Below are positions 11,122 to 23,946 of a stretch of 64,000 nucleotides of DNA, piece after piece (position 1 is the stretch's first letter; each line of letters starts with the position of its first letter). The position numbers and the translations under genes were made by a program. The stretch comes from Octopus bimaculoides (lineage: Eukaryota), in assembly GCF_001194135.2 (NCBI RefSeq), contig NC_068988.1:84031721-84095720 (forward strand), written 5' to 3'. The notes under the pieces are model-generated. The model did not search any database. It was given only the letters and a program-made list of their open reading frames with translations, and was not told the origin of the DNA.

Positions 11122-11598
11122 CACATAAATCGGAATTTTTCTGTTTCTTTCGGGATTTTTGCACATTTTATTGTATTCTACATTTCAAAATATCGAGGAG
11201 AGTGAAGCCATTAATTTTTAAAACGTCTCGCATCCCACCACTCATCAATCGCTTTGAACAGCAGGCCACCACTAAAATGATTCCCGCCCCCGCTTATTTT
11301 ATAGTATTTTACATTCTGAAGCACTTTTAATTGGCACAGAAAGTAAAGCAACTATATTTATCATCCAATTTTTATGTTGTATAGAAAAATGCTTTTAGAG
11401 AATGGAAAAAGTGTGAAAAAATGTAATTAGGGGTGGAAAAAATTAACAATCACGTGGTATATATGGTAATGGTTTTACAAAATGGTAGTGTGAAAAAAAT
11501 AGCGAAAAAAATCCCTTCAAAAGTCCCCAGCCCAGTATTTTGAAATGTGGGATATTACAAAATAGGGAAAAATCACAAAAGAAATTCCGATTTATGTG
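11122..11598. mobile_element. MITE-like element with ~75-bp imperfect terminal inverted repeats
   Basis: cacataaatcggaattt...acatttcaaaata at the left is inverted as tattttgaaatgt...aaattccgatttatgtg at the right. No clear TSD. Confidence 0.55.
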
Positions 11599-11704
11599 TG
11601 AATGAAAATTTAATTTTTTTTAAAACAATTTTTCTCACGCCTCACAGATAAAACAGAAGAGATGTTGCAATGCAGAAAGCTGCATCATGTGTGTTACATC
11701 AGAA

Positions 11705-11870
11705 GGCAGCGAGCTAGCAGGATTGTTATCACGCCGGACAAAATCATTAGAGGCACATCGTCCGTCTTTACGTTCTGAGTTCAAACTCCGCCGAGGTCAA
11801 CGTTACCTTTTATCCTTCCAAGGTCGAAAAAAATAAGTACCAGTTGTGCACCGGGGTAGATGCAACTACG
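11705..11870 (+). mobile_element. SINE family C copy
   Basis: gagctagcagga...ttctgagttcaaactccgccgaggtcaac...ataagtaccagttg. Confidence 0.7.
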
Positions 11871-11885
11871 GCGACGGTAAGTGTC

Positions 11886-12773
11886 TAGAGGGGATAATTT
11901 TTTTCCTGTACCCAAAAGTAACCGGAAATGTTCTCGGTGGGACAAGCCGTTGCTCGGGGTTCCGCCGCTAGAAGCCAGTTTATGTAACCCCCGGGTATCA
12001 GTTTGCCGACCGGCGTCGTCGTGTAGTGTCGTACTGCTATGTAGTGCACCTTTTTTTTGCAGTAATTCTCCCCTGTTCGTCGATTTTTGCGATGGCTGAA
12101 ACGAAGGAACTGCGTGCTTCTGCGAAATTCTGTTTTCTGCTGGGGAAAACGACGGCCGAAACAGCTTACAAAGACGCTGCTATGAGCAAAACACAAGTTT
12201 ACGAGTGGTTTCCACACTTTAGGAATAGTCATTTGTCACTTGAAGACCAACTTCGTTCAGGACGACCATCGACCTCCCGAACGAATGAAAACATCATGAA
12301 AATTCATGAACTGATCTTGGAGGACCGTCACTGAACAATTGATAAAATTGATATGATTGGTGTGTCTTGGATTGGTGTTTTGAGCGAGGAATTGCGAATG
12401 AAAAGAGTTACAGCAAAATTTGTGCCTCGCTTGCTCACGGAAGATCAAAAGCAGTCACTAGTGAATGCGTGTCGTGAACTGAAAGAACAGTCGGAAGTTG
12501 ATCTGGACCTTTTTCGAAGGTCATCACAGGTGATGAAAACTGGGGTTACGGAATTTGCAAATGTGGAAAAGGTGAAGAAACAAAACAACGGAGGCGTTAA
12601 AAGGTATCACTTCGGAAGAGTTCCAGCACTGCTTCGATCAGTGGTAAATGCGTCTGGGCCGATTCATTGCTTCAAATAGAGAATACTTTGAAAGCTATAA
12701 AAGTGTAAACATGTAAAACTAAGTGTATAAAATAGCATTGTAAAATTCCGGTTTCTTTTGGGTGCCCCTCGTA
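11886..12773 (+). mobile_element. Mariner transposon, internally deleted and inactive
   Basis: Transposase N-terminal HTH KFCFLLGKT...VYEWF...RSGRPSTS and AKFVPRLLT motif. TIRs acccaaaagtaaccggaa (11910-11927) and ttccggtttcttttgggtgcccctcgta (12746-12773), followed by TA. Confidence 0.85.
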
Positions 12774-13559
12774 TATCGCTTATACGCCACGTATTATGGC
12801 ACATTCTCCACTATCAGCCTTGTCACCTCCGTCAAAACTCGGGAGCTTCCGCTGCAACACAGAGGAACAGATGAAGTACGAGCCCTTTTCTGACAGACTC
12901 CTATTTGTGTCACTCGCTGTTGAGATCCTCGGTGTCCTCGGTCCTAGAGTTTCCTCTTTCTTTGTCACACGAATGGTGACATCGTGTTTGTCGACATTGT
13001 CCTGATTCGAGAGACAGCATGGTGAGCTGCGCAACGAAAAGAAGTATTCCAGAAGAGTGATCCTCTGCCGAAAGAGAGCGGCGTTGGTGGGAATCTACAG
13101 AATTGTCCTGAACCTCAATCTTGATGTGAGCTTCAGAAATATCACTGAGCAGATATTGTTATATGAACGTATGATAATACATAAACAAAAATATTGTAAA
13201 CACATCGAAATATGAATAGCTTTAGGGATTTGATTGGTTGCCCAAATCGTTTCATCAGCAGATTAAAAATGTGTTTTACAATAGTCACAGCTCATAAATA
13301 AATTCTATTTAATGTTAAAAATCGATATTAGCACATTAACTTTTTTTTTGGCGTTATTTCTTCGTAAGTGATTCTATATGAGGAGGATTTTATTGGTTTT
13401 TATATTTCGTAAAACGGAGTTAATGCATTAAACAGGATTGGGGCTAATTTTCTAAAGCAATAAACCTCCAGATTTTAGCCATCAAAGACCGAAGTTAATA
13501 ATAACGAGACGAGGCTATTTCAAATGCAAAGAAAACTAATTATCGTTAGTCTTATACTG

Positions 13560-14260
13560 TTTCTGTTTGTGAACTGGTTAGGGTAGTAGATAGCTGACAA
13601 TAAAAGAAATGAAACAAACTGCACAGTCAATATAGATGTGATAGCTAAGCCACTTAGTAAATAAAATGAGGGCTATATCCGTTGCGCGCATAATAGATAC
13701 AGAAGAAAAGAGGGTTTCAGTGAGCTTCCAGTATTTCATAGAGTTGTAATCTGAATTTGATCCCATTCTGGAAAAACATTTAAAAATAATGTTGGCTGGT
13801 GTTGTACCTCCACCACTTGTCTGTCCATCTCTCGTCATTCTTTGTATGTCCAACGTCCTTAGCCCAGTACTAACCATTATGTCCAGTCCTTTCTCCCCTG
13901 AACATCACGTTCCTGGAGTCTTTTTCTTGCTCATGTCTTTCCTGCAGTGTTGACCTACAACAGTTTAAATAGAACATCAATAGCATCAAGCTCACCAGTC
14001 TCGGAGGGCCTGCCAAGGTCATAGGCAATGCCTTTTCCTCCAGTTTCAACAAGTTAAATGAAATGCAATAAAAATTCCATGTCTGTCACCACAAATGCAA
14101 AATATATTTATCAAATGCTGTGAGGAAGAAATTAGGCCAATATTTGTGGTAACTGTCCTAAAAGAAGAGAGATTTTTTTTTGTTAGTGACTGCTGATGAA
14201 ACACAGGACATAGCCACAACATCAGCAATTCTCTGATATATGCCAGCACCACAGCCCCCT
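13560..14260 (-). mobile_element. Highly degraded RTE-like LINE fragment
   Basis: Minus-strand translation WAKDVGHTKNDERWTDKWW resembles the RTE C-terminal W.GH..R..D.RW motif. Confidence 0.35.
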
Positions 14261-14389
14261 TCCCGTCGGCGATATTTGTGAAGTATTTTCTCTCCCACCT
14301 CTCTCACTCTCTTTCTCTGTCTCTCTCTCATTATTATTATTAATTAGGAGACGAAATTTGAATTTGCATCCATTCTGACATGTGGGTGA

Positions 14390-14900
14390 TGCGCCAGAAA
14401 GGGAAACTTAGTGAGTGATGCACTAGAAGTGAGGAAGGTAGTGACGTTAGGTAACAAAGCGGTCAAGTTGACCGTGCTCTTTTCGCTCTGGAATGGACGT
14501 GTATCATCGAAGGATCCTCGGAAATTTATCTCTAGCTAGCAGGTAGGATAGAGAGTGTCTCAGAGTCGCACAATTTTCTGTCGGTGGTTGAGGTGTTCCG
14601 TTCTGGAATCGTCAATTAGATCGAGATAAGAGACCTTTTCTGTCCTTAACACTACATCAACGCCATCAACAACTTAGTCGACCACAGTCGCCTGTACCAT
14701 CATTGGCATTCCTTGTACCGCCATCCACCACCATACCTAACTCTCTTCCCTTCTACAGCCCTTAAGTTGGTTATTTCACTTCGACAGGAATAGAATCTGG
14801 GGACCAGTGCGTCGCGAGCTGTCAGCATGCGGCCGGAGGAAGATGGCTGTGGGATCGATGGATCAAACTCTGAGGGAAAGAATGTCACAGACAAACTAAA
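14390..14900 (-). mobile_element. Degraded RT fragment, probably DIRS-like (copy 1)
   Basis: Minus strand gives SIDPTAIFLRPHADSSRR (motif A-like) and then VSYLDLI...EHLNH (motif C-like). About 260 bp are homologous to 17160-17430. Confidence 0.42.
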
Positions 14901-15090
14901 AAAAAAACAAAAAAAACAAGGGCTTCCGGATTAAGTTTGAGGCCAGCGATTGACAGTAGAATGTTTCTGGAAGAGAGAGCCCCCGGCGTTAAGAAACAAG
15001 GTGAGCTACTAAGAGCATACCCTGAAAGAAGAAGCCAGAAGTGAGTTCGAGAGAGATGTGAATAAATAAATTGAAGAAGGTATTTAAATG

Positions 15091-15475
15091 TGTAGTGACG
15101 TCACATTGGCGCCAAAAGGCAGACGCCATTGCTGAATCCTTAACCACGCATGCGTGGGTTTCAACATCGAAGCGTTCCCGCTATTAGACTGTCTCTTACC
15201 ATGCCAGACAGCGACCAAGCGAGACGTCTAAGCAAGCTCTCCCATTTGAGTGTGGTTGAACCAAGTTGTCTCTATAACGACACCAGCTCGAAGAACCGGA
15301 CATCTACATTTCAGGCTACTCTAAAACCGGACAATTAGAAGCTGTTTTATTTTCCACCGAACAATAAATATTTGTTGTTGTTGATCAGTTTGGAGTTTCT
15401 GCGTTCAGTTCTCTTCCAATTTAATGTAGGAAAGTTAGGTGTATATCTAAAGATATATAACCCACTCTCCTAAAG
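15091..15475 (+). mobile_element. Probable 5' LTR of a Gypsy (CsRn1-like, tRNA-Trp-primed) element
   Basis: Starts TGTAGTG, contains TATAA (~15282) and AATAAA (~15363), and is immediately followed by TGGTGACCCCCGACGTGAT. Confidence 0.55.
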
Positions 15476-15554
15476 TGGTGACCCCCGACGTGATTCGATC
15501 ACGCAGCCCGCTGAGCTGCAATAACCTACTTTCAACTAAAGTGGTGACCCCGAC
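15476..15554 (+). promoter_or_regulatory. Two tandem tRNA-Trp primer-binding sites (15476 and 15542)
   Basis: TGGTGACCCCGAC is the reverse complement of the 3' end of mature tRNA-Trp including CCA. Both copies are preceded by ctaaag. Confidence 0.75.
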
Positions 15555-16029
15555 TAAGGAACGACTGCAACCACGACGATCTGGACTGATCGGCATCATC
15601 ATTGGTATGAGCAACACGAGTTTCCGGCCGCCGTCATCATCATCATCATAACGACTTTTTAAACAATTTCACAGTGAGATATTGACTCTATAGCATTTCC
15701 GACTATACGAACTCACATTGTGCCAAGCTGACACAGACGTTTTTTTTTCTTTCTTTCTGACTATTATTTTCCATTTCCTTTCGGGCACGTCAAGGTGGGT
15801 TTTCAAAAAAAAAAAAGATTAAAATTGTTTTTTCCCGCAGACAGTACAAGCACAACTAAACACACTACAAAAAAAAAGNNNNNNNNNNAATACAGAAGGC
15901 AACCACATTTTTTGGGTTTTTTTAGCGAATATTTCTTTTTCTTCTTTCCTTTTCCATTTTGGTTCTTATTGTGCACATACATTACAGAGGAAAACAGAAA
16001 GGTACAGAAAAAAATAGTGTGTAGCAGTA

Positions 16030-17430
16030 AAGGTTCTAGGTCATCTTAGGAGGTTCTGGTTGACTGTGAAACCATCAGAGATTATAGAAGGAGATGCTGT
16101 GCTGGGACTTAAACTTAGGAGAGATAAGATGGAACTGGGGCAACAAACCTTCAGACAATCAAAGCTATAGCCGAGAGACGGCGAATCTTTCCTAACTGAG
16201 GCACTCTTCTGATACATGTCGCTCCGAGTAAAACAGAGCGTCGGTCTCATAAAAAGCAGTGTTGAGATATGAATGTATGCAGGAGCACAGTGCAGCAGCG
16301 TTTCGAGGAAGAAGGTTCAACGTCCGTTTAGATCGGGGACATAATTTGGGTGAAAGAAGCCAACGTACAATGCACGACTCAAGTGATCTTGTGTGTGTCG
16401 TTATTGATAATATCATTACTGCTAGAATGAGCATCTGCGTTGTCACTCGATCTTCAAGAAGTAGAAAGGAAGGGAACTCCCGAAATAATGTGTCACATGA
16501 CAGAAAGCCGCGTCACATCCGGGACGTCCATAAAATTATCAGCTCCTCAGACAACGAAGGGCAAGTAGAAGGTGAGATCAGCACCACAATCCTGCAAGGG
16601 TCACAAAAGGAGTGATTCCATCTAGCTAGATGAATGGATGGATGACTTTGAAGAATGAGAGTAGTGTGAAGTGACCTTCAGATAGAGGGGTGGGGGTGGA
16701 ATATCGGGTTATGAGCTAGAAATGCAAAACAGCATTAGTGGGTGATGCATCCAAAGTGTTGTGTGTGTTGTGTTGGCACTCCGTCGCTTACGACGTCGAG
16801 GGTTCCAGTTGATCCGATCAATGAAACAGCCTGCTCGTGAAATTAACGTGCAAGTGGCTGAGCACTCCACAGACACGTGTACCCTTAACGTAGTTCTCGG
16901 GGAGATTCAGCGTGACACAGTGTGCGACAAGGCTGACCCTTTGAATTACAGGCACAACAGAAACAGGAAGTAAGAGTGAGAGAAAGTTGTGGTGGAAGAG
17001 TACAGCAGGGTTCGCCACCATCCCCTGCCGGAGCCTCGTGGAATTTTAGGTGTTTTCGCTCAATAAACACTCACAACACCCGGTCTGGGAATCGAAACCG
17101 CGATCCTATGACCGCGAGTCCGCTGCCCTAACCACTGGGCCATTGCGCCTCCACGATGCATCCAAAGTAAACGGGTAGTAATGTCAGGGAACGGTAACAA
17201 AGCAGGCGATCTGACCGTGCTCTTTTCGCTCTGGCAGTGACCGAGAACGGATGCATGTAATCAAGAGGTCGTCAGAAATTCTATCTCCTTGCTAGCGGGT
17301 AATGTGGAGAGTGCTTCAGAGTTGTACAACAAGTTTCAGCTGGTGATTGAGGAGTTCCTTTTTGGATCCGTTTATTAGATCGAGGTAAGAAATAGTTTCC
17401 GTCCTTTACACTCCATCCATGTAATTCTTC
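16030..17430 (-). mobile_element. Degraded DIRS-like (tyrosine-recombinase) retroelement remnant (copy 2), interrupted by a SINE
   Basis: Minus-strand order is RT-like ISYLDLI...PASKEIEFL, then ARWNHSFC, then LCSCIHSYL...RTFTATHY. These resemble the DIRS YR N-terminus and the catalytic C-terminal TF..HY. Many frameshifts. Confidence 0.4.
16758..17154 (-). mobile_element. tRNA-headed SINE family A, full length, with 14-bp TSD
   Basis: Head gtggaggcgcaatggcccagtggttagggc...gtttcgattccc. TSD GATGCATCCAAAGT at 16744-16757 and 17155-17168. Homologs at 28871-29250 and 43722-44083. Confidence 0.92.
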
Positions 17431-17729
17431 TTTCTTCGTCGCTATGTTGACCGAATTTTTTTTTTTTTTTTAACGTTTAGAACAGTTTTCTTAGACGTGG
17501 CAATTTATCCCTTTTTCCAATCGTCATCTCCAATCGTCACTGTCACGAAAGTCACTGAACACAATCACAACTCTCTGTCGCATCCGTAACGTCGGCAACG
17601 GTAAAAAACATGAACCTTTTCTGGGGTTTGTGGAAGTTGCCCAAACACGTACGGAATCAAAAACAAATCCATTTCTCTGGATAAAATCTCAGAAATTGGA
17701 GTGTTACGATAATACATTCTTCAACAATT

Positions 17730-18172
17730 GATGTATCACGTGATGAGCAAGCCAAAAATTGCGCTGTACTAGTTGTTGTTGAATAAAGTCTTCAGTACAC
17801 CAATTTATTCCTCGTTATTTTCTAACGACGGTTCATTCAGTAACTCTATTACAGGCAGAATTTCGCGTTAACCGTCTCGTAATACAAACACCAATCACGC
17901 ACATCTGAAGATTTTCCTGATATTGACAGACTACATGTCTTCTTATTTCGCGAACTATTTGAACTCATTACTAAATGTAACAATTACGGGGACAAAATAA
18001 ATTACAGAAACTGTTATCTACATTAAATCGTTGGATGAAGTTTTTACCAGACAACAAATGGCTACTTGCATACAACAGCCAACAGAAAACCTCGCTGAAT
18101 TTCTTCCAAACTTGAAACTACTGGCTAAAAGATGTAACTTCGGAACAATATATATTAAATATTCAATAACAG

Positions 18173-18215
<43 letters not shown>

Positions 18216-18730
18216 CGTGCGTGCGTGTTTGTTTCAATTCCTGGAATAACGTCGACAGGAACAGGACTCAGGTATCTTCGAAAACAAAAAGCTAAAATGG
18301 TTAAATATCAGTTTCGCAACCCAGAGCTTTGGACTTCCTACTAAAGAATATCAGCGTTTATAATTAGAATATTTTTGTCAACAGTATTACTGTTACAACA
18401 GAACACGAAATTATTTCAGCAGGTTTGAGGTGGGGTGGGGAATGACGGAGTATAGGCATGTCCAGAGAAAATGTCCAGCTAGAAATGCCATCTGTCATAA
18501 GTGAGAGAAAAAAATCAAATTTTTCTCGGTTGTATAAATCACCTAATAACACCCCAAAGACAGCATTGTAATCCGTGTAAAGCAATGTCCAACACTGGTT
18601 TTTTTTTTTTGTTTCTTGTTTTTTGCTTCATTAAAACATCAAGTTGTTTCGTCAAAACAATAATTAACCATCAATCAATGCAAGTTTGTGCTGACGGTGG
18701 AAATACTGATAGTTTTATCAGAGCTAATAT
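17730..18730 (+). mobile_element. Gypsy-type LTR retrotransposon remnant (possible LTR end, gag, protease)
   Basis: AATAAA...ctattaca LTR-like end. Gag-like QQPTENLAEFLPNLKLLAKRCNFG, CCHC-like KCPARNAICHK, and protease-like IINHQSMQVCADGGNTDSFI. Confidence 0.6.
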
Positions 18731-18731
18731 T

Positions 18732-18911
18732 GATTTCAAATTTTGGTACAAGGCCAGAAATTTCATGGGAGGGGGTAAGTCGATTACATAAATCCCAAAT
18801 TCTTAACTAGTACTTACTTTATCGACCCTCCGAAAGGATGAAAGGCAAAGTCGGCCTCAATGGAATTTGAACTCAGAACGTAAAGACGGACGAAATGCCG
18901 CTTAGCATTTT
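18732..18911 (-). mobile_element. SINE family C copy, running into a gap
   Basis: Reverse complement of the cluster unit (gaaaggatgaaaggcaaagtcg...atttgaactcagaacgtaaag). Confidence 0.8.
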
Positions 18912-20694
18912 NNNNNNNNNNNNNNNNNNNNNNNNNNNNNNNNNNNNNNNNNNNNNNNNNNNNNNNNNNNNNNNNNNNNNNNNNNNNNNNNNNNNNNNNN
19001 NNNNNNNNNNNNNNNNNNNNNNNNNNNNNNNNNNNNNNNNNNNNNNNNNNNNNNNNNNNNNNNNNNNNNNNNNNNNNNNNNNNNNNNNNNNNNNNNNNNN
19101 NNNNNNNNNNNNNNNNNNNNNNNNNNNNNNNNNNNNNNNNNNNNNNNNNNNNNNNNNNNNNNNNNNNNNNNNNNNNNNNNNNNNNNNNNNNNNNNNNNNN
19201 NNNNNNNNNNNNNNNNNNNNNNNNNNNNNNNNNNNNNNNNNNNNNNNNNNNNNNNNNNNNNNNNNNNNNNNNNNNNNNNNNNNNNNNNNNNNNNNNNNNN
19301 NNNNNNNNNNNNNNNNNNNNNNNNNNNNNNNNNNNNNNNNNNNNNNNNNNNNNNNNNNNNNNNNNNNNNNNNNNNNNNNNNNNNNNNNNNNNNNNNNNNN
19401 NNNNNNNNNNNNNNNNNNNNNNNNNNNNNNNNNNNNNNNNNNNNNNNNNNNNNNNNNNNNNNNNNNNNNNNNNNNNNNNNNNNNNNNNNNNNNNNNNNNN
19501 NNNNNNNNNNNNNNNNNNNNNNNNNNNNNNNNNNNNNNNNNNNNNNNNNNNNNNNNNNNNNNNNNNNNNNNNNNNNNNNNNNNNNNNNNNNNNNNNNNNN
19601 NNNNNNNNNNNNNNNNNNNNNNNNNNNNNNNNNNNNNNNNNNNNNNNNNNNNNNNNNNNNNNNNNNNNNNNNNNNNNNNNNNNNNNNNNNNNNNNNNNNN
19701 NNNNNNNNNNNNNNNNNNNNNNNNNNNNNNNNNNNNNNNNNNNNNNNATATATATATATATATATATACTTGTAGTTGAAGGTATGTTACGTTCAAGGAA
19801 AAGGGGCGGACAAGCCCAACGCTAAGCCACTGTTAACTTTGTATAATTTACCATTTAATCAGAGGGAAAAGGTGCAGAGCTTATGATTCTTTCTAAGGGC
19901 CCCCTCCCAACAAAAGGCTAGTGAGAAAAAAATTATCCTGAGACCAGAATCCTTGCAAGAGAGCGTGCTTCGCGAAAGGCATCAAACACCAGGCAATAAA
20001 ATTTACAACCAAATGACATGAATGGTCTCTCGTACGGACTTATATAGTTTCCGTCAAGCAAATATAGTGTGTGCGCGAGAGAGTGTATTTAACAACAATG
20101 CACAAAGTTATACATGTATAGAACCAACATGAAGAGAGTAAATTACAAAAAGCAAAGCACATAGTTTCAAACCTACATACACGCACACACACACAAACGT
20201 GTGTGTGTGAGCGCGTATAGGATCAATTGCATAAACATAAAACGCATGTATGTGTGTCTACAAGCAACTTTCTCTTTTCCTTTCGAACATATGAGATTAC
20301 ATACAAGCGTGTGTGTAAATATATCTACGTATGTGTGTTAAGTATTTAATTTAACGCATATTGACACACACACACGACCACGTATACATGCAAGTATCTA
20401 CATGCATGTGTTTGTGTTTTCACTCAATGACAGCTAAAGCTCTCTCGTCAATCACCTTTAAACTCCACTTTTAGAGACAAGGACGCAAACGCGCGCGCAC
20501 CACACATACAGTCTTTCACACACACACATACACATATCTTCGTCAATTTTCGTCTGATCTAATTGTTGATGACTGGACATGTGTTGATCGATTATTTCTA
20601 TACAGTGTTTAGATAAACAGGTAGGGAGATGGATAAGTAGTTTGGCATCCAAGCAGGTAGGAAAGTAGGCAGGTAGGTAGAAAGAAAGAAAGAA

Positions 20695-21932
20695 AGAAAG
20701 ACCAATAAATAATGCAGCTTTTCATACTTCTTTTTTAAAATTAAGTTCTTTTTTTTAATCTGAAATATACTCTCCTTCATTTTCTACAATGCTCTTCCAT
20801 CTCTCTGGTAGACTTGCAAGGCCCCCTCTTCCAAAATTCACTTGTCCGTGACGAAAAATACTCCTCCAGTACTGTTCTGACCTCATCTACAGAATACATA
20901 TTTTTTTCCGTCCAAATGATTTTGAAAACTGTGGAATAAATGATAATCAGATGGGAGCAATGTCCGGCGAATATGGTGGGCGGAGCATCGTTTCCCATTC
21001 AAACTGCTCCAGCCTTTGGAATGTCATCCTCGTTGTATGTGGCCGAGCATTATCCTGATGGAAGAACACCTTTTGTCTTGAAACCAAAGATGGTCGTTTT
21101 CCTTCTAGCGCTTGCAGTAGTAGATTTCCTTTGTTATCATTTGGTTTGGGTTTAAAAGTTCAAAGTCGACTAAACCTTTCATATCCCACCTAACAAATAA
21201 TAACACCTTATGTGGGTGAAGACCTTCCTTGACCTGGGGTGCCGGTGTTTCTCCTTTTCCTACCCACTGTCTTTGGTGCTTGACATTTTTCTAGAGATCC
21301 TACTTCTCATCACCCGTCACTATTCGGTCCCCCCAAAAAAGCTTCATTCGTGAGACGTGATAGCAAAAAGCACATACACATTTACTCTGCGCGCGATTAG
21401 ACGCGGAATGTTTGTGAGGAACCCATCGACCCAATTTGCTAACTTCTCCGATGGCACGCAGGTATCGATGAATGGTAGAATGACCAAATCCAAGCTTCTC
21501 TGCTAGTTCCTCAAAGGTTACGATGGAATTTTGTTGCAGGACCTCCTCGTCGAGCTCTACAGATCTTCCAGGACGAGGCTCATTTTCTAGGCTGTAGTTT
21601 CCGGTTCGGAATTTCTGGAACCACCGTTGACACTGGCTTACGCTTATTGTCCGATCCCTATGTACTGCATTAATATTCCTCGCACTTTCCGTTACATTGT
21701 TGCCTTTATTGAACTCATACAACAAAATATGCCGAATATGGTCCTTTGTCACTTCCATTATAGCTTTGAAAAAATAACTGTTAAAATCGAACTGCACTCT
21801 TCAAAACTTGCACTAAGAATAAATACAAGGTAAAATTACTACCTGCTATTATAGCAAGTTGATGCAGGTAGTTTATTCCGTCCCCCTCCGATTTTTAGTT
21901 CAGGCAATTGAAAAAAACCGCATTATTTATGG
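20695..21932 (-). mobile_element. Near full-length mariner (DD34D) transposon, frameshifted
   Basis: HIRHILLYEF...RWFQKF...PGRSVELD, WVPH, IVTGDEK, HQDNARPH and PYSPDIAPSDYH motifs. TIR-like ccaataaataatgcagctttt (~20702) and aaaaaccgcattatttatgggatgaccca (~21912). Confidence 0.88.
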
Positions 21933-22488
21933 GATGACCCAAAGCACACACACACACACACACACACAGCAAACATTATTATCGAGTTAGAAAACAGAGA
22001 TCTAATGGATACAAATTAATTTATTAATTAATCAACATATTCACCAAAAATTGTTTCGTTTCACAAACAAAATAAAAATTACAAAACATATATAAATAGA
22101 TAATTTTGCATTTTAGATACCTTGTATAGAAAATCATTAGGGTGTACAAAGGACAGTACAAGGATTACATTAAGATACGTTTGGAATACACAGAATATAA
22201 AGACATGTTTATTATGCGTGCACACTTTACAGAGTACACGAGATGCATTTTTCATGACACCAGCACTAGTGAGATCACCTTACAAATTGCAAGGTAAAAG
22301 ACAAATCTCACGACTGGAAGAGTAGAAGTGTGAGGGGGAAAAACCCACTTTATTGTTGAGAGAGGGTGTTAGTAGAGGAAATAAAAGAAAAAGAAACAAG
22401 TATTACCGGAGAGGATAATGAAGAAGATAAGGTTAAAGAGAAAGAATAACATCAGGAGTTAGTAATAATTGGGATGGATTGAGTAAGG

Positions 22489-22758
22489 GGCTGCCATTCT
22501 CTGTACATCGGACAAACGGGACACCGCCTGGCCGACCGATTCGTGGAACACCTCCGAGACATCCACCTTTGCAATGACACCCCGGTGTCACGCCATTTCC
22601 GCTCTACCGGTCACTCCTTGCAGCAACACCTGTCCGTGTTTGGATTGTCCTTGCACAGGGGCCATCCAGACTCCCGTTTGCGCCGTGAACAGAGATTAAT
22701 CTTCTCTCTTCGCTCCTTTGCGCCACATGGGCTCAACGCTCCTCCCCTCTTCATCTAA
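22489..22758 (+). mobile_element. Penelope-like element 3' end: GIY-YIG endonuclease C-terminal fragment
   Basis: In-frame GCHSLYIGQTGHRLADRFVEH...PVSRHF...GHS...RREQRLIFSL...PHGLN*, followed by a pyrimidine-rich 3' region. Confidence 0.8.
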
Positions 22759-23919
22759 CCCCCTCCCCTTGCCTCTCTCCCCCTCCGCCCTCCCTCCTAC
22801 TTCTCTTTACTTCACCAGCATTCTCTCACACACACGCACCTTCGTCTTGTATGTATTACTGATAACAGCAATACATATAACGGTCAGTTCTTCGAGCAGT
22901 CGAGGGTCACCAATTGTAACGGTTGTTGTTAAGATGTTGGTTGCCAGTGTAACGGTTTGCATTATGAAATACACTGGAGTTGGCAGTTAACGATTGTAAC
23001 GAGTGCTGTTGTTGCAAATGTGCAAGATGAACGAAGAACAGTGATCGAAGTTGTGAAGAAACATTTATTTACCGTTTCTTTTTATAATGCCATGCCTTGA
23101 CGGGCAGGTGTGTGTATCATGTAAAAACAATAGAGTTATCTTTTCTTGTATGTTGTTGCTGTTTATGTTTGGTCAACTGCTAGCTGCCTAACTAGGAATT
23201 AGAGGAAGATAGAGTGAATGTTAAGTGTAGGGAGTCGATAAAATGATACCTTCATTGTGTCTGACATTTAAACAGCAGTGGTGTTGTGATATAAGACACT
23301 GTAAGCCTTCTCTCAGTTGAATTATCTTACTAACTGGAGTCTGCCTGTAGTTGCCTCTGCATCATCTCCTTTTTGCCAACTAACTTTTTCCTACAGTGTT
23401 TTAGTATAGTTAAAAGGAGAGACATATTGTTGATAACAATAGCTTTTGCTGGCGGTCTGTTATCGCTATTCTAGCTTTTGGTGACCTAGAAGAGGTTAGA
23501 AGGGTCAAGTGGCAAAGATATTATTCTGCTTAGTGAAGGCATCTGGCAAATGTAACTGCTGTCACTCACAGAAAAACTATTGTTTTACTGTGAGAAAAGT
23601 GCTGTTGAATTGTTAAGTGAAATTTGGCTATTGAGGATGCATCCATGCTGTGCCTGCATGAATCCACTACATACACATAGAAACACCACCACCACAACCA
23701 AAAACAACAACAGACACAACTAAGATAATAATCAGAGAAATGATAGGATAGAAAGTAGTACAACAGGTATAAATGACACAAACCCTTTTCAGACCCTATT
23801 CTTCAATCCATGTAATAAACCAGATGTTATGTGTCATATTTATCTGACAACCCTACCCTTCAACAAAAGAGTTTGCATCCCTCAACAGACAAATGATGGA
23901 ATAGAAGCACGCTTTACCA

Positions 23920-23946
23920 TAACCCTAACCCTAACCCTAACCCTAA
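23920..23946 (+). repeat. Interstitial telomeric repeat (TAACCC)4TAA
   Basis: Directly visible. Confidence 0.95.

Noticed and set aside
12780-13140. Relatively GC-rich segment as an exon or element
   Set aside because: No diagnostic motif, terminus or second copy is visible in the window.
15476-15520. Genomic tRNA-Trp gene on the minus strand
   Set aside because: Only the 3' half is present and it includes CCA, indicating copying from mature tRNA; it is treated as a PBS.
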